Source: Lentisphaerota bacterium
Lineage (GTDB): Bacteria; Verrucomicrobiota; Kiritimatiellia; UBA8416; JABMPJ01
Length of the DNA stretch: 64,000 bases
Assembly (NCBI GenBank): GCA_013203785.1
Contig: JABMPJ010000161.1
Span: forward strand, 10,449 to 74,448
Direction of reading: 5' to 3'
Shown piece after piece: positions 63,185 through 64,000 of this stretch. Position 1 is the first letter of the stretch, and every line of letters begins with the position of its first letter. Below the pieces are notes generated by a model. It was not told the origin of the DNA. It made no database searches and saw only the letters and a list, made by a program, of their open reading frames with translations. Position numbers and translations under genes: made by a program.

Positions 63185-64000
63185 TCACGCAGGCGGTGAT
63201 GGACGGGCGCGACGCGCCACCAGTGGCCCGGCAATGAAGATTGAGGAGTAGGTTCCTACCACGATGCCGACCAGGAGCGTGAAGGCGAAGCCGCGAATGA
63301 CGGCACCGCCTAGCGCGAGCAGGGCCACAACGACCAACAGGGTAGTCAGACTAGTGATCAGGGTTCGCATCAGAACCTGGTTGATCGAGGTGTTGACGAT
63401 CGATGGCGAGATGGTGCCGGAGCTGCTGTTTTCACGGATGCGGTCGAAGACCACAATCGTATCGTTGAGCGAGTAGCCGATCACCGTCAGGAGCGCCGCC
63501 GCCACTTTCAGATCGATCCCGCCCGAGACCCACCCGAGCTGGCCCGCCAAGAGCAGTAGCCCCAGCGTGATGATCACATCGTGAACCAACGTCACCACGG
63601 CCACCCAGCCAAACACAAGACGCATCCGGAAACGGATGACGATGTAGAGAAAGATGGCCCCCAGTGCCAGCCCCATCGCCGCCAGTGTGGCCCGCCGCAT
63701 CTCACGCGCCACCATCGGCCCCATCTGACTGGCCGACTCCACCGTGACCGCGCCCTGCGAACCCGTTTCCTCAAACGCCTCTTTCACGGCGCGCTCCATG
63801 CCCGCCAACGGGGCGCTTTCCATAACGTCGCCCCGCTCCTGGCGAGCCGTCAGAGAGAACGCTTTGAAATACTGACCGCTATCCCCATCCATCTCTACCG
63901 CGCGGCCCTGTGAGCGCAGCGTGATTGCCGCCGCTGGCATGAGCTCTTTCAGGTGTGACTGAAGCCGCTGGCGCACCGCCTCGACCGGCTGGGGCTGCGC
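63185..64000 (-). CDS. secF: protein-export membrane protein SecF (or SecDF C-terminal half), 5' end beyond window
   Basis: Conserved SecD/F block LLTVIGYSLNDTIVVFDRIREN and a 6-TM pattern. The ORF remains open to the right window edge. Confidence 0.7.
   Translation of the reverse strand, partial: AQPQPVEAVRQRLQSHLKELMPAAAITLRSQGRAVEMDGDSGQYFKAFSLTARQERGDVMESAPLAGMERAVKEAFEETGSQGAVTVESASQMGPMVAREMRRATLAAMGLALGAIFLYIVIRFRMRLVFGWVAVVTLVHDVIITLGLLLLAGQLGWVSGGIDLKVAAALLTVIGYSLNDTIVVFDRIRENSSSGTISPSIVNTSINQVLMRTLITSLTTLLVVVALLALGGAVIRGFAFTLLVGIVVGTYSSIFIAGPLVARRARPSPPA

Noticed and set aside
1-64000. tRNA, rRNA, tmRNA and CRISPR genes
   Set aside because: Scanned intergenic regions by eye for cloverleaf-compatible ~75-nt GC-rich segments, rRNA-like conserved blocks and direct-repeat arrays. 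None were recognised. Absence cannot be excluded without tRNAscan/Infernal.

Overview
High-GC (about 60-65% by eye) bacterial chromosomal window from a diderm-type organism (Tat and Sec signals, lipoprotein-like signals, periplasmic NapA). No taxonomic assignment is attempted. No rRNA, tRNA or CRISPR array was recognised. Content, left to right: (1) A long minus-strand housekeeping block nusA-infB-rbfA-truB-ribF-rpsO-pnp, with no rimP or ylxR. It runs without a break into an ABC-2 transporter (permease-ATPase-permease), a membrane-anchored hypothetical protein and a partial apbE at the window edge. (2) A ~5.5 kb accessory insertion (14.3-19.8 kb) that appears lower in GC. It carries two tandem Schlafen-like AlbA_2/HATPase_c_4 ATP-binding proteins (one with an N-terminal DUF4062-like domain), a DprA/SLOG-like Rossmann fragment, a Cys-rich protein with a polybasic tail, and a truncated PLD-like helicase N-terminus. 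This is a candidate defence island and is the best candidate for the hinted undescribed system, although no known defence system is matched. (3) Core genes: plsC-like acyltransferase, dnaG, cvpA, a TPR protein, queH, an apbC(mrp)-DUF971 fusion, eda, REC-GGDEF, a UroD-family protein, an AraC-type regulator, a Gfo/Idh/MocA oxidoreductase, an arsC-family gene and nfo. (4) A ParA/MinD-like ATPase plus ExeA-like AAA+ pair, divergent from two zinc-ribbon/coiled-coil proteins. (5) A Moco operon: moeA, moaA, a MOT1-like transporter, moaC and a MOSC/mogA fusion. (6) Two small accessory islands: RhuM plus an HTH protein, and Fic-HigBA-Fic-IS fragment-VapBC. (7) An Rrf2 regulator divergent from an 8-gene respiratory operon: GltD-like NAD(P)H oxidoreductase, Rieske protein, cytochrome b, decaheme cytochrome c, NapA, NapG, NapH and a periplasmic hypothetical. 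(8) A partial secF at the right edge. A ~70-bp palindromic element built from CGTAATC heptads occurs twice (25.9 kb and 38.5 kb). Note: near 20040-20100 my reading of the sequence and the supplied ORF track disagree by 1 nt, so sub-ORF coordinates there may be off by +/-1.
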